Notes under the pieces: model-generated
What the model saw: only the letters and a program-made list of their open reading frames with translations
What the model was told of the DNA's origin: nothing
Database searches by the model: none
NCBI GenBank assembly: GCA_949358305.1
Contig: OX442314.1
Location: 22,754,001 to 22,818,000 of the forward strand
Direction of reading: 5' to 3'
Length of the DNA: 64,000 nucleotides
Source: Strigamia acuminata
Taxonomy: Eukaryota
Program-made: the position numbers and the translations under genes
Shown: piece by piece, positions 10,846 through 23,300 of the stretch
Layout: every line of letters starts with the position of its first letter
How positions within the stretch are numbered: position 1 is the stretch's first letter

Positions 10846-13800
10846 CATTTTTGCTTTGAGTTTAGGACTCAAAGGAAAATGTTTTTTGATGCTTAAATGT
10901 TCAGAAATGCATGCTCTTTTCAATAGACTACTTAGGTTAGTGATTGGAGTAATATTTCTCTTTTAATAAAAAAAAAAAACTTTAAAATGTAATTTGTAAA
11001 ATGAAATCTACGGGTCATTTCACTTCACCCCCCAGAACATTCTTTTTAAACGAGAAAAGAAAAGAAATTGAGTTTTAACTGATTAGATGGACCGTTTCAT
11101 TAAAGACTGGTCACATGGTTATACAACATCATTCACAACATCATCCACAACTGGTTGTGGTATACATATTTGATGTGAAATGCATTATCAAAGATGTTTG
11201 ATTTATCTAACGAGATATTCAGTTGTAAAGAGTTAAAATCAACATTTAATTTGACCACCAGTCGTTGAATAAATAACAATTTTATAGAAAATATTCGTTG
11301 CAACATTTAAAACGATAGAACTACAATTCATTAAATTGAAGTGATTTTACAATCACAACAGAACATCTTGAGATTTCAGAATAGTTGGAGTGCATTAACA
11401 CATATCTAATACCCTTTGGGCTTTTCTGAATAAACTCCATGTGAGCAGAATCTAAACAAGCAGTTTGTGATTTTAAAGCGATTCTCAATCTAATTAATGA
11501 GTTTGGGAGTTCTGTAGATTCCAAAACAAGGAAATGATTTGTAATTTATGTTTAGGATCTTAAGTTTTATCCCAATATCGATATAGATACAAAATGTAGC
11601 CAATAATAACACTCTAAAATTAGCCCAATCCATAGAAACCTTAACCCTTTGATATTGGCCAATATTTAGCCAATATTCGTAACTCGCATTGGGAATACAT
11701 TTCAAATATCAAGTAGCAATGCTTTTATGAAACCACTTCATTTAAATACGACCAGGACGTAACAATAGATCGAGGAAAATCGATTGCACCAACAAGAAAA
11801 AAAAAATTAAAATTTAATTCCATTTGAATGCAGTGCAGCAGGATTTTGCATGTCAAGCCAAACTTCTTGCCTCACAAAACGTAGACTAAAACGACCGAGG
11901 AAGCAGAAAAATTGGATAAACGGAGCTCGATAACTAAACAGGATTTTCTATTCTTTCGAAAAGGTGAAGCCAGATGATCAGTAGTTTTATTTGATCTGCG
12001 ATTCTCCTTATCGATATGACTGTGTTATTTATACTCCACAGAGACCATCGAGGTTAGCATGTGAACGATACGTCACGTGGGAGATGTCACCCTTTCTTAT
12101 CTCGCGCTCGTACTCTACATTTTTCCATCCCTAAATTTATAGACGGAGCAAATGTTCGGAGAGAAAAAAGGTAAACGAGAGAAGATATGGCATCTAAGAG
12201 GATCGCCAACACTCGAGGAGAGAGCGCGCGGACAAATCCGATCGGCTCAAATCCGCTAAGCGGCGCTCGAGGCATCCGCATACCTCCCCGTCCTCGTCCC
12301 CGTCCCCGTCCGCGTCCCCGTTCCCACTTCCATTTCCATCGTGTAGAGAGTCGAGTCGAGTCTAACTCGACGCTGCGCTGCCACGACAACGACGTCACGG
12401 GTGTAAATTGTGTGGCAAGTGCGCATGCATGGGATTTTATCAGCAAACGCTTCTGGTTTGCTAATTAATGATCTCCAGTGGAAATAAACATGGCGGCAGG
12501 TGTTGCGCGAGAAGTCTCGGAGCGAATTTATCACCCGGGCGTTTTGGGAACGGCGCAACGAAATGGCGATGTGACGTAAATCCGGTGGGATTTTAATAAA
12601 CGATCACATCACGGGGATTTCTTCTCCACCCCCGGTGCATCGTGTATTCGTGTTGGAAAAGGACGGGTGCTGTGTTTGTAATAAACGAAGGGATTTTTCT
12701 ATATTGCTACATCGGGCAGAGGCAAGTGAATTGTGATATCGGTCGCGCAGACTAAACAACGTGTATTACACCGGCGACGTGAAATGAAACGCCGTCTGTG
12801 CACTTGACACGGGGCGTATCGGGTGGAAAAATTGCTGACGTGTGAACGCATGCGCCGTCAATATGCTGACCGACAACATGCGCGCACGCTGCACTTACTG
12901 ATTGGATCCTTTTAGATTATCAACGCCAAACTAAACCGGATCACGACCGCAACACTAGTGTATCTTACACATTTTCTGTTAAATTAAATTGCATCGATTC
13001 TTAAGATTCCATCATCGTCTTTTTCTTTTTTTTTTTTTTTTCTTTTTTTTTTTCTTTTCTTTTTTTTTTTCTTTTTTTTTTGAGGGTGAAATTTTATAAA
13101 CTGCTTAGTGCGTCTTCGAATTTCGCATTAAGTGTTTGCAAATTTCGTTCACAAAATTAATGAAATGCAAAATGAGCAACTTGACAGCTGCTCATGTTTT
13201 CATCAAGCGAAGGGCCGATTTGTTTACTCGTTTCGCTGTAATGGTGGACATTTTAATTCCATTTTAAAACTTCGGCAGCTTTTCTGTTGGATTTTTTTTC
13301 TTTTCTTCTTCAACTGATTGAAACCCATTTTACAAGAAATAAAGGCGTATTGTGCAATCAATAATCTAAGAATGAATTGAAATGTGAAATACAAAGCATT
13401 TATGAATGTGCCATTCACCATAGAAATTCGAGAAAAGCAACCCCTGAGCTTTGCTGCAAAGAAGTTTTATTAAAATAAAATTAATTCAAGTCGGAAAAGA
13501 AGAGGTGCGTGCATTCAAAGTTAAAAAAGAATATGTTGATTAAATTTTTTTCTATGTAATCATTTTTTTAGGCTGTGAACAGTATCATAAGTATTAACTT
13601 TATACAAATTAGAAAGAAAGGTTGAATTTGTTTATGAACGCGTATTGAAATTAAGTATTATTAATTACATTACCAAATTTGTTTAATCTAAGTGCAAAAA
13701 GTGTTGTTTTGTGATTAGAATGTATTAAAATCAAGTTATTCGGCGCAAAATTTCGAAAAAGATAAATATATTGGCCAAAAAAATAAAATTCAACTATACA

Positions 13801-13940
13801 TATAATCCTTGTTTACAAATAAACTCCATTATTCAAAAAGTTTGTATAAAATTGACCGTTTACTAATAAAATAAACCTTAAAATCGATCTAGTGCAAGAC
13901 AATCCAAGATGGCAGATGCAAAAAACATATATTAGACATC

Positions 13941-14126
13941 TAATGTGTTATTCAAGTGTTGATAGATTCAGATGTAGAATTGCAGTGGTCAAGAAACAGC
14001 CATTAGGTGAGGTAAAAATTAACATATTATACTGTTTTATTTGCATGATTTTACAGATGGCGTGGCGAGTGCGTGGCGCACGCGCATGCGATGGAAGATG
14101 GAGGAAGATGGAGTCGGAACGCTCCA
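13941..14126 (-). repeat. 3' LTR of the Gypsy-like element
   Basis: Colinear with 17186-17383 (e.g. ATTCAGATGTAGAATTGCAGTGGTCAAGAA and GAAGATGGAGTCGGAAC), with several substitutions and indels. Confidence 0.85.
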
Positions 14127-14808
14127 AAATCCACTCAATTGGGAGCCAACCAGTGGGCGCAATTACAAGAAAGAAGAATTTTAACATTAAACTAACAATG
14201 TAAATTTAACAGAATAAATTGAAGTTAAAATGAATTGCAATGGCTCGAACTCGTTCTTAATCATCCTGCGGGAATCCGTAGACTTGTGTCGGCGCTAAGA
14301 TGGTGGCGAAGGCAAAGGAAGCGGCGGCGCTTACCACGGTCTTGCAGGTGAGTTCGGCGGCGATGTTGTGATTGTAGGTGTAACTGGTGGTGTTGTGCTC
14401 ACACTGGATGGCATCACAAAGGGAAATTCTCGAGACTTATCCCCCTCAATTGGAAGTGGCGTTCCAATTTTTGCAATTGGTCGATGTGGTGTGATCAAAT
14501 AACTGCAGATCGACGGTTTCGAAAATATTTTCTGCCGGTGTCTTGCACGTTATCGAATGAGGCATCGAACGATAAGAAACCAAGAATTGGTGCACGGAGT
14601 CTGCAAGGGAAAGCTGTAATTTGATTAATTTCTCCATTTCGTCATGGAAAACGTTGCGGTGCTGCAACAATAACGTGTGGAGTGAGTTGCTGATCAGTGG
14701 GGGGAAGCCAGCGCCGTCTCAGGAGCAGCACATTGTACAGCTGCCCCGCGTGCAGTAGCAGGACGTGGTACAGCCGACTCGACTGTTGGAAGTAGCGTTG
14801 TTGCCCCA

Positions 14809-14949
14809 GGAGCAGCACGCGGTACAGCCGATCCAGGCGTAGGAGCAGCATCCGGTACAGCCGATCCAGGCGTAGGAGCAGCACGCGGTACAGCCGATCC
14901 AGGCGTAGGAGCAGCACGCGGTACAGCCGATCCAGGCGTAGGAGCAGCA
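14809..14949. repeat. 33-bp tandem repeat (x ~4.3) inside the LTR element
   Basis: Unit GGAGCAGCACGCGGTACAGCCGATCCAGGCGTA. Reads (AAPTPGSAVPR)n in one minus-strand frame. Confidence 0.92.
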
Positions 14950-15940
14950 GCAATCAAGTTTGGTGTAGACAAGTAGAGGCAGGGAAGCTTCTACATCCTG
15001 TTTAAGGGTGGCAAATTTAGCGGTCTTGCTTGTTGGAGTTTCAGACCTGACGCTTTCAAGCGGCATGTCTGTATGCGGACTTCGAGGTGATCACAGCGGT
15101 GGTCGAGTGCACGACGGCACCAATTGCAACTCCAGCAGGGGACAACAAATTGAAGGCGTCAAACCAATTGCGACCTATCAAAGGGACTGGCCTAGTCTTA
15201 GCAACACAGACTATTTGTGCGGCGGTCATGCTGCGCCGGCACGTGGCAAACTCCGTTCATCGATAGGACATGTCCGTCGTAAGTGGACATCTCAGAATCG
15301 AGTGGCTGCAACTGAAATCGAGGAAAGTCCTTGTTATACATCTCGCAACTGATGTTTGTCCCTTCATCGCCCGTGCCGATCTCCATTCGCAGCAACGTGT
15401 CTGCTACTCGCAATTCCAGAACCAGTGAATTTGTTGGCTTGATGCTGACGGAATTTTTCGCTTTCCTGGCCTGACGAGGTGTCGTATGAATCGAATAAAA
15501 GGTGAGCTGCTGAGGCATTGCAATGATAGCGTGGTGGAAAGTCGTTGCTGTGGCTGACATGCAAGCCGATTGTATGTACCCGTCAAGGACGCAGCCATGG
15601 CACTTTGCGCAACGATATTTGCAGTTGTCTCTGCGGTGTCCAGTCTCTCCGCACAATCTGCATTTTCTGTCATCGTGTTGTAGTTGGTGACCGGTACCAT
15701 TGCACGATTTTTACTTGCTGTTGTCGGGTTGTGGTCATGGCTGGTCCGACTGCTCCTGCTGTTGATCGGTGGTGCCCCTCAAAGAGCGTTTGTCACCTTT
15801 GTGCGAATTCGCGTTGGATTTCGAATAGGAAGTACCTTTGTTAATTTGATGTACCATAACTTGGGATCCACGAAACTCGAGGTGTTGGAATCTGCAAACT
15901 CAGCTGCTGTGGCTGTTTCAAGGGCTATCTCGAACGTTAA

Positions 15941-16374
15941 GGTGGGTTCCACTTGTGTTCACACTAGAGGCGACGCAACGCAACGCAAGGAAAAAGTAAT
16001 CAAACGCAACGCAGAGTCTGTTCACACTGTAGGGCACGTGTGAACAGAGCTGCAACAATTGATGCTGCGTCTGGCCAATCTGATGATTTCAATGAGACCT
16101 GGAATTGGATCTAGTTCTAGAACTAGTTGCAGAATCCGAAAATGGCGGCCTGTTTGCATGTGGCAAAGTCTCACCAACCAAACGTGAATCGACGAGAGTT
16201 GAAGTCGATCTTGATTGGTTGGCCGCAAGACCTTTCCTTGCGTTGTGTCGCTTACTTCAACTTGGAGTTGAAGCAGTAATTGGCGTCAATGTCAAGAATT
16301 TTTGGACGCAAGCACCTTGCGTTGCGTCAGTTTTCTTGCGTTGCGTCTAGTGTGAACACAAGTGTGAACCCACC
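15941..16374. mobile_element. MITE (434 bp) with GGTGGGTTC(A)CACTTGTGTTCACACTAGA TIRs, inserted in gag
   Basis: Inverted termini at both ends with TTAA on each side. Superfamily is uncertain (TTAA target suggests Kolobok-like; GTTCACAC termini suggest Harbinger-like). Confidence 0.85.
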
Positions 16375-16772
16375 TTAAGACCCTTTAGTAAATACAACGT
16401 TTCATGTAATTGGCGCATATTCAATCCAACGATGAATTGGTTGCGCATTTCGTTGTTCTGCGCTTCACCAAACTCGCAGAATTTAGTAATCTGCTAAAAA
16501 GCAGTGGCAAATTCTTCCACGTTCTTGGCCTTATTCCGCTTACGATTGTGGAAGCGCACGATTTCTCCTTGCGCAATCGGTTTTGGCTTCTGATATTTGT
16601 CCATCAGATTGTCCAATTCCTGGTGCTTCATCTTCGTTGGGTTCTTAGGCCGAGTCAAATCCACGATCTTGGAAAACGTAGTCATCCCCATGCACAACAA
16701 AAGAGTATTTACTTTGTCCGCGTCCTCGACGACTTTGTTGCAGGCGAAGACGCAACCCATTTGCAGAATGTA

Positions 16773-17028
16773 CAGTCGTGTTCAAAAAAACTGGACCCTC
16801 ACTCTAGGCTGGCAATTGAAATTGTGAGTAATTTCGTGTTTTGCCACTAGGTTAAACACCAAACATCAACAGGTGATAATACTTGTATACCTTTGTCTGC
16901 ATTACAAGTATTATTCAAGTATGATCACCTGTTGATGTCTGGTGTTTCACCTAGTAGCAAAACACGAAATTAGTCACAATTTCAATTGCCAGCCTAGAGT
17001 GAGGGTCCAGTTTTTTTGAACACAACTG
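16773..17028. mobile_element. Tc1/mariner-type foldback MITE (256 bp), inserted in gag
   Basis: Near-perfect inverted arms of ~110 bp (CAGTCGTGTTCAAAAAAACTGGACCC.. / ..GGGTCCAGTTTTTTTGAACACAACTG) with a TA duplication. Removing it restores the gag frame DDWGT-Y-ILQM. Confidence 0.92.
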
Positions 17029-17185
17029 TACGTCCCCCAGTCGTCTTGCAGGTTGTACTTGTTGGGAGTGCCGACAAAAGGCATGGTGGAACGATTAAAT
17101 CGATGAAAAACACGGAAAACTAACACAAAAAGTTATTAAAAGTAAGTGGATACTATACTGTATAACATCCCATCCACGTCGCCAA

Positions 17186-17383
17186 TAATGTCTTCTTCAA
17201 GTGTTGATGGTGTTGATGGATTCAGATGTAGAATTGCAGTGGTCAAGAAGCAGCCATATTAGGTGAGGTAAAAATTAACATACTGTTTTATTTGCATGAT
17301 TTTACAGGTGGCGCGTCGAGCGCGTGGCACACGCGCACGCGTCTTAAAATAACGGAAAAAGAAGATGGAGTCGGAACATTACA
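17186..17383 (-). repeat. 5' LTR of the Gypsy-like element
   Basis: Direct repeat of 13941-14126, immediately followed on the minus strand by PBS-like TGGCGACGTGG (17184-17174). Confidence 0.85.
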
Positions 17384-20300
17384 TCATCCAAAAAAGCACC
17401 AACACAAAATTAAATTTTATTTACAAAATAAATAATTTACGCCATTTCCTACCGCGGAAAATCGAATAATTAAACTTTTCAAAATGATTAAAATTTAATA
17501 CTTTAGAAACTTCCTGTAAAAATAATACCGGATTGTGAATTTTGTTAAAAAAAAAGAGTGACGTTTTCCAGCAGAGGTTTACTCAAGAGTAATTAAAGAT
17601 GGAAAAATGGCAAGAGAGACAGTAGTAAAATCTCTTGTAAATATGGAGCTGAGGTCAATGAGGTTAACCAGGTTATGGTAGGCACCAACGGGGAACTGCC
17701 GAAAAGGGTTGACACGGTTGAGAATGAAGAGAGAAAGCAAGGGGGTGGAACAATAAATCCCATGACTCGTCGGTTTGTCGTAAAACGGAAGTTGTGACAC
17801 GTTTCACACTCTCTTGAGTTTGCATAATGTGGTGTACGTTTATTCCAGTGTAAAACATCACATCAAAATGAACGTCGTTTTGTTATCATTCGCCACGCTA
17901 CATTGGTTTTAAATGAGAACTGCAACAAAGCACAAACCAATCTAGAGTAAACTTATATAACCCAACAAACAACAAATAAATGCAAAACGTATTTGTATTT
18001 TCAAAAAAATAAAAAAAAATAAAAAAAATAAAAACACATTTGGTTTAAATTTAAAGTAAAACCAATAACAGTTAGAACTTTGCACACGAAATTGCTTTTC
18101 AACTTTAGTTTTGCACCCTACATTTTGATGCATCAAATAAAAAACTCCTTTTCTTGCGGCTTTACAATATTCCGTGTAAACAACAATAAAACGTTACGTC
18201 ATGCACGCATCAATGGACACGTTGAGCAGGTTAGTGAAGTTGTAAGGCGAAAAAGACCGTCGCCGTCAACAATGAAACGAGTAACGTCAAGCGAAGCTAA
18301 TATCGATATGCATTGCAGCTAAGCCCACAGGGGATCTAAGGGGGAGCTTTCCTCTAGTTGCTCCTGATGAAGGTTGGGATTACATTGTACAGCACATGGA
18401 AACACAAACACGTATATGGAATGAAAGAAAAAAAAAGGAGTAAAAAAAAAAGGTAAAACTCGAGGGGCTCGCCACTTGTCGTAAACAATGATTACAGACA
18501 GAGCCCCAGACGCCAAGGGCCCAATTCTCAACAATGCAACGCTTTATGGTTACGGATAAAAATGTGCAACGCTCACTGGACCCGCGCAAAATACTAGTCT
18601 TGTGAATAAACAAAATGGCCGACAGAAAAGGGAAGAAAAAAATCACATTAGGATAAAACAGATGCAATGTACAACACATGCAGATGAGAAGGGGGAGAAA
18701 AAGAAATAAAAGTTGGAAATGTAAAAAGCAAAGTACCTGCATTTATTACATAGAAAAATGCCTTTTCTCACTATGTCCCAATCTAAGTCCAAGTGCAAAT
18801 TTTTTTTTATTCATTTTTTTTTTTCTCTTTTGGATTCATTTTTTTTTCTTCCGCACGCGGTATCAGTAATTCAATAAGTTCTGACTTCTTTCCTTCTTCT
18901 CCCTGCAGTTTCCCACATCCCATTATATGTATTGGTTTATTTTTATAACTGCAAAGTTAAAAAGCACAAAAAAGTAGATTTTTTTTTTTTTAATGTCGAT
19001 GGCTCGAAATTTCGGACTAAAATTTTTTTTAAAAAAAAGAAAAATTCTAAAATATTTTTTATTTATTTATAAAATACACACGATTGTGTTTTTGTGATGA
19101 TATGACATTTCTTTAAATTAAAGAAATTTTTTTTTTAGATGTTGTTTCAATCTGGTGACTGCATAGCAAGTCAATATTTTGTCGCGTGAAATCACAGACT
19201 ACGTTCGTCTCAAAACATTCTCGTCAGACCTCAAACTTAGTCAGAAAACAACAAATAAGATTGGCTCTTTTTATTTTAACACTTGGTTTTTACATACCCA
19301 TAAAATACCATGCTTCAATCTGACCAACTAGTGACAAAAACAAGATGGCGGGAATGTTTGATATTCCAACAAAAAATTGTGTTTACATTCTAAAATTGCA
19401 ACCCAACCAGACAAAAAAAAAAGATCCTTTGCTCAGACTAAAGAAAATAGTAAATAACAATTAAAATTGTTGACGAGCGCCTCCATGACATAATTAATGT
19501 AGGTAAATTAGGTTGCGTCTAATTTAGCAAGAAAAAAACGTCAGCCTAATTTAAAAACGTGCAACTGTGGCCACAATAAACCGATGGTGTTTTTCTTTTA
19601 AAATCCTTAATGCGACATTGTATCAGGTGAGGGAAACCTCATGCTCATCCAATTATTCCCTAAAGTGTAATTATACAGATTTGGGAGGCCGTTGAGTGAC
19701 CCCGACATTGCATTAGGGGTCTGTCAAGTCCACTCATTGTCTTTCTCTTTGCCCCTTTGGTCTCATTCTAGTCATCTGATAGGCCTACAATATGTTCTAA
19801 TTAACAAGTAAACAACATCTGGTTTGGTCTTTCCCATGGTGTCCTATGGTGATTAGGCTTAACGCTGTCAATGGATACTTCTCCCTACTCTTAAAGACGA
19901 GACCAATTTCTACTTCACTTCCAAAATGTTAAATTATACTGATCAACAACAAAAATCTGATCCAATGCAATCAAGTTGCAGGATATTGAATGACCAAATT
20001 GTTCCAGTCAAAATAACTTCACACTGAATGAAGCAAACACTCAGTTTCAAAATTATTTCTTTTTTAAATTTTAATTTAAAACAATCATAAAAGGAGCAAA
20101 GATAAATAATATTAAACAATGGTTTTATTTATTTATTTACTTATTTATTTATTCGTCACTTGTTGCCAAATTGTTTGGTTTAATACAACACGGAGTTATA
20201 TTTTGTCAACAGAAAATCATGTATATATGTAAAAACAACAACACTCAACTTCAATTCCCCAAGCTGCTTCTACACAAATTGAGTTATATCCAAAAGACGT

Positions 20301-23300
20301 GTTTTCTAATTACGACACATTCGTTTGATGAATATTAGCTAAACATTTTCGACCAATTCAAAGACAAAATACACGTATACCGTATCATTTAAATTGATAA
20401 AAAAATAGCGATACGAACCTCGAGAAATATACGGTGCTTCAATTTTGTAAACATGACATTTCTCCAGAACATTTTTCACTTTTGGTAAACAAGCGCCATT
20501 GGCATAGCCTCGAAAAAGACAAGGGGCAAAGGCTCTGCTTCGCTACACAGCATCGTCGTGAAAACAGGAAGTTGCTTGTGTTCAGTCCGTTGCTTTATTT
20601 TGACTATTTTTTATTTCCTTTTAAACCAATGTCGAAAAAAATGTAAAAATAAACCTACAGATGTATTGTGTGCATAGGATGAGAAGAGAGAGAGGCAGAG
20701 AGATTAACTTTCTTCAATCCTTTTCATCCTTTCCCAAGCACCGAAGCAAACAAAGTTTAATTTCAATGTAAACAACCCGGCGTCGTCTTTCCAATTCTAC
20801 CGGAATTTGTTTCAATGTAACGGGATTCAACCAAGAGGATTCAAAGCGAGCGATCATTCTTGAATCATTCGACCGATTTCATAATTTGATTTCATGGTCA
20901 AACAAGCAGAAAAAATAGCCAAATTAACCTTATAGCATTGTTTGATGGATTAAAGGTCCAATAACGCAAAGAACATTGGTTCGACATGACTTGTTCCTAA
21001 TCACGTGAACAAGCAACAAAAATTGCTTTCAATTAGTTCAGTATTTCTCTTTAAAACAGAAAAGGAGAAAAATAAAAAACCCCAATTTTCTTCATTTTCC
21101 TTCTTGCAAACCACTAATTTTTTTTATTTCGAAGACTAATATTGGCAGAATCCATCTTGTTTAGTGCGCATGCTCAAGGTTTAACTTCTCCTCGGAGGGA
21201 GCTCAATTGGCTACAATGTCTTTGAGTGGCTCCATTATGGAAGCTAATCGTTTTTCTTTCACCACTCGATACATCCAACCGTTCTACGACTGCGCAATCC
21301 TAAAAAAAAAGAAACCATTCAAGTGTATGTCACCATTTCCCTGACACAACTACATTTTTATTTTAATCTCTTTTTCATTTTTATTTCTCATCCAATTGAA
21401 GAAGAAATAAATGAAGAAGCTATACGTTATGGAATTGCAATCAAAGACGGAAAAAACTCACATTTTCTCACTCATTTGTTGCCGAGGCAACCAAAACAAT
21501 GAAAGTGCAAACCAGACAAAGAGATTTGTGTATTGCCATTGCCAACACAGCAAAAGCTTTGCTTTCTTTCTTTCCTTTTTGTTGTCTAGCAACCATCAGC
21601 CAACAATCAAACTTCCACCAAAATTAAAAACAAGAAACCCAAAACACAAAAAAACCCAGAAAATCCCAACAACATCAACAAACACAAGCAAAAAAATAAA
21701 AAACGAAAAAAAAAACAATTGTTGACTTCATTTTTGCAATTACGCAACAACAAAACAAACGAAAAGAAATTTCCGCTCACATAAGCACCTATTACGATTC
21801 AACCAAGCGAAACAATCAGCGATTACATTAAATCCCCACAATTCAATGCGTCTTCCGGACCTGTGACAAAACTTTCTAATCGTTACTTGAACCATCAATC
21901 TTTTTCCCGACGTTAAAAAAAAAATAATTCGATTCGAACGTGCGCATCGCATTCTTTAACTCGCGATCAATTTTCGATGCCCTTTTATAAGCCTAACTCG
22001 CATCCCTGTCCATGTATTCACAACCTATAGGTGGCGTTTTTAATGCTCGTGCAGTCAGCCAATGATTAAAGCCAGCGTCTTTTATCTAGCAGGCGAGAAA
22101 AGGATGTCGGTAATCAAGTTGATGGTTTGTGACCACTTCCGGTTAAGATAGAAAGACGCCCAACGATTGGTCAGTGTTCATTAAGATGGTTACCCTCGGG
22201 CCTTTGGGGTTATCAGCTTGAAATGTACAGTTATTAGCAGCGCAGATATTACACGGGCCCTGCAAAGATTTATGATACGAGTCAAATTTATAACCAGATG
22301 ATCCCACGAGAAGCGCGACGTAGCTCAGGGAATGATTGTAGGCATTAATGAAGACATGCAATCAATGTCACTGTTTGTATTGTGCATTTATTAAACGACA
22401 ACAAATTTGCACCCAAAACGACTTGATCAACTAAAGAGAAACATCTGCAGCGTTTAATACAATTTTGTTGCACAACAAACTGAGATTGGCCGTCCGTTAC
22501 TCCGTTTCATCAAAGAATAAAGAATGAAAGAAAGCTGCGATTAGACGATCCTTCAAAGCACAAAAAGTAACAAGTGAGAAGGCCATTTTTTCACTGGTGA
22601 AAGATCGTTATTTGGTAAAGATTCCGTGAAGTGTGAATCTTGCTCTTCTGATGCTGCTTTCTGATTGATTTCCATGTCGGTTTGATCTACGATTCCGTCT
22701 TGAGGTTAATCATTAATTAGGTAGGTAGGGGAGGAAGTTGTTACTCTCTACTTGTTTCCTAATTTAACTGATATTTCTCTAACGTTGTAAATAATAATTC
22801 AGGGTGTTTCGTAAAATTGGGATTTGGGACCCCCCACTAGACATCCTAATTTATGTTTCGGCTTAGTTTTAACAGGTCATATTCCTAGAGGTCATCATTT
22901 TATGCTGCATAGTGTAGAAATAAAATTATTTGTCTGTTTGGCAATAAGATAAACAAGAACTAATTCCAGTTATATAAAACATAAGTGTTTTAGGTGCTTG
23001 TGTTTTTCTGTTTTTTAACACCACAAATAAAACAAACAAACATCTAATATATAAATTTTAGATTTTATAGAATGTAAGAAGTATTTCTGACAATGTTAGT
23101 AATATATCGCAGAAATTATTTAAGAACTACGTGTACAAAAGGCACTAGAATTTAACATCAACCCAAAAAAATGCTATAAAATCTAATAAAAATTCTTTTC
23201 TTTTTCTATTACTTTTGCTCGAAACTTTCCCAGCAACAAAAAATGTAGTTCTGTATTGAAAAGTGAATTATTTAGTTAGGCCCAACAACTTTGATTTTAA

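Larger units (their letters stand above)
15130..17086 (-). pseudogene. Disrupted gag-protease of the Gypsy-like element
   Basis: Gag-like peptides, two zinc knuckles (second degenerate, CHGCVLDGYIQSAC), aspartic protease motif with D->G (EIGTG), in-frame stops/frameshifts and two MITE insertions. Left boundary is approximate. Confidence 0.75.
13941..17383 (-). mobile_element. Decayed, internally deleted Ty3/Gypsy-like LTR retrotransposon
   Basis: Direct repeats at 13941-14126 and 17186-17383, and PBS-like TGGCGACGTGG next to the right-hand LTR on the minus strand. Remnants of gag (MPFVG..DDWGTYILQM..), a CCHC knuckle (CRLCGETGHRRDNC), degenerate protease (LRMEIGTG..LIGRNWF) and integrase C-terminus (QFLVSYRSMPHSITCKTPAE). 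Flanks are ACATC/TCATC. Confidence 0.88.

Noticed and set aside
12087..12558. Overlapping ORFs with RG/RP/TG repeats (e.g. PRPRPRPR)
   Set aside because: Produced by a (CGTCCC)n run in a GC-rich island. No domain or splice support.
14642..15066. Three overlapping repetitive ORFs (LLLRLDRLYR, AAPTPGSAVPR, CCSYAWIGCTA) as host genes
   Set aside because: All are frames of one 33-bp tandem repeat inside the decayed LTR element.
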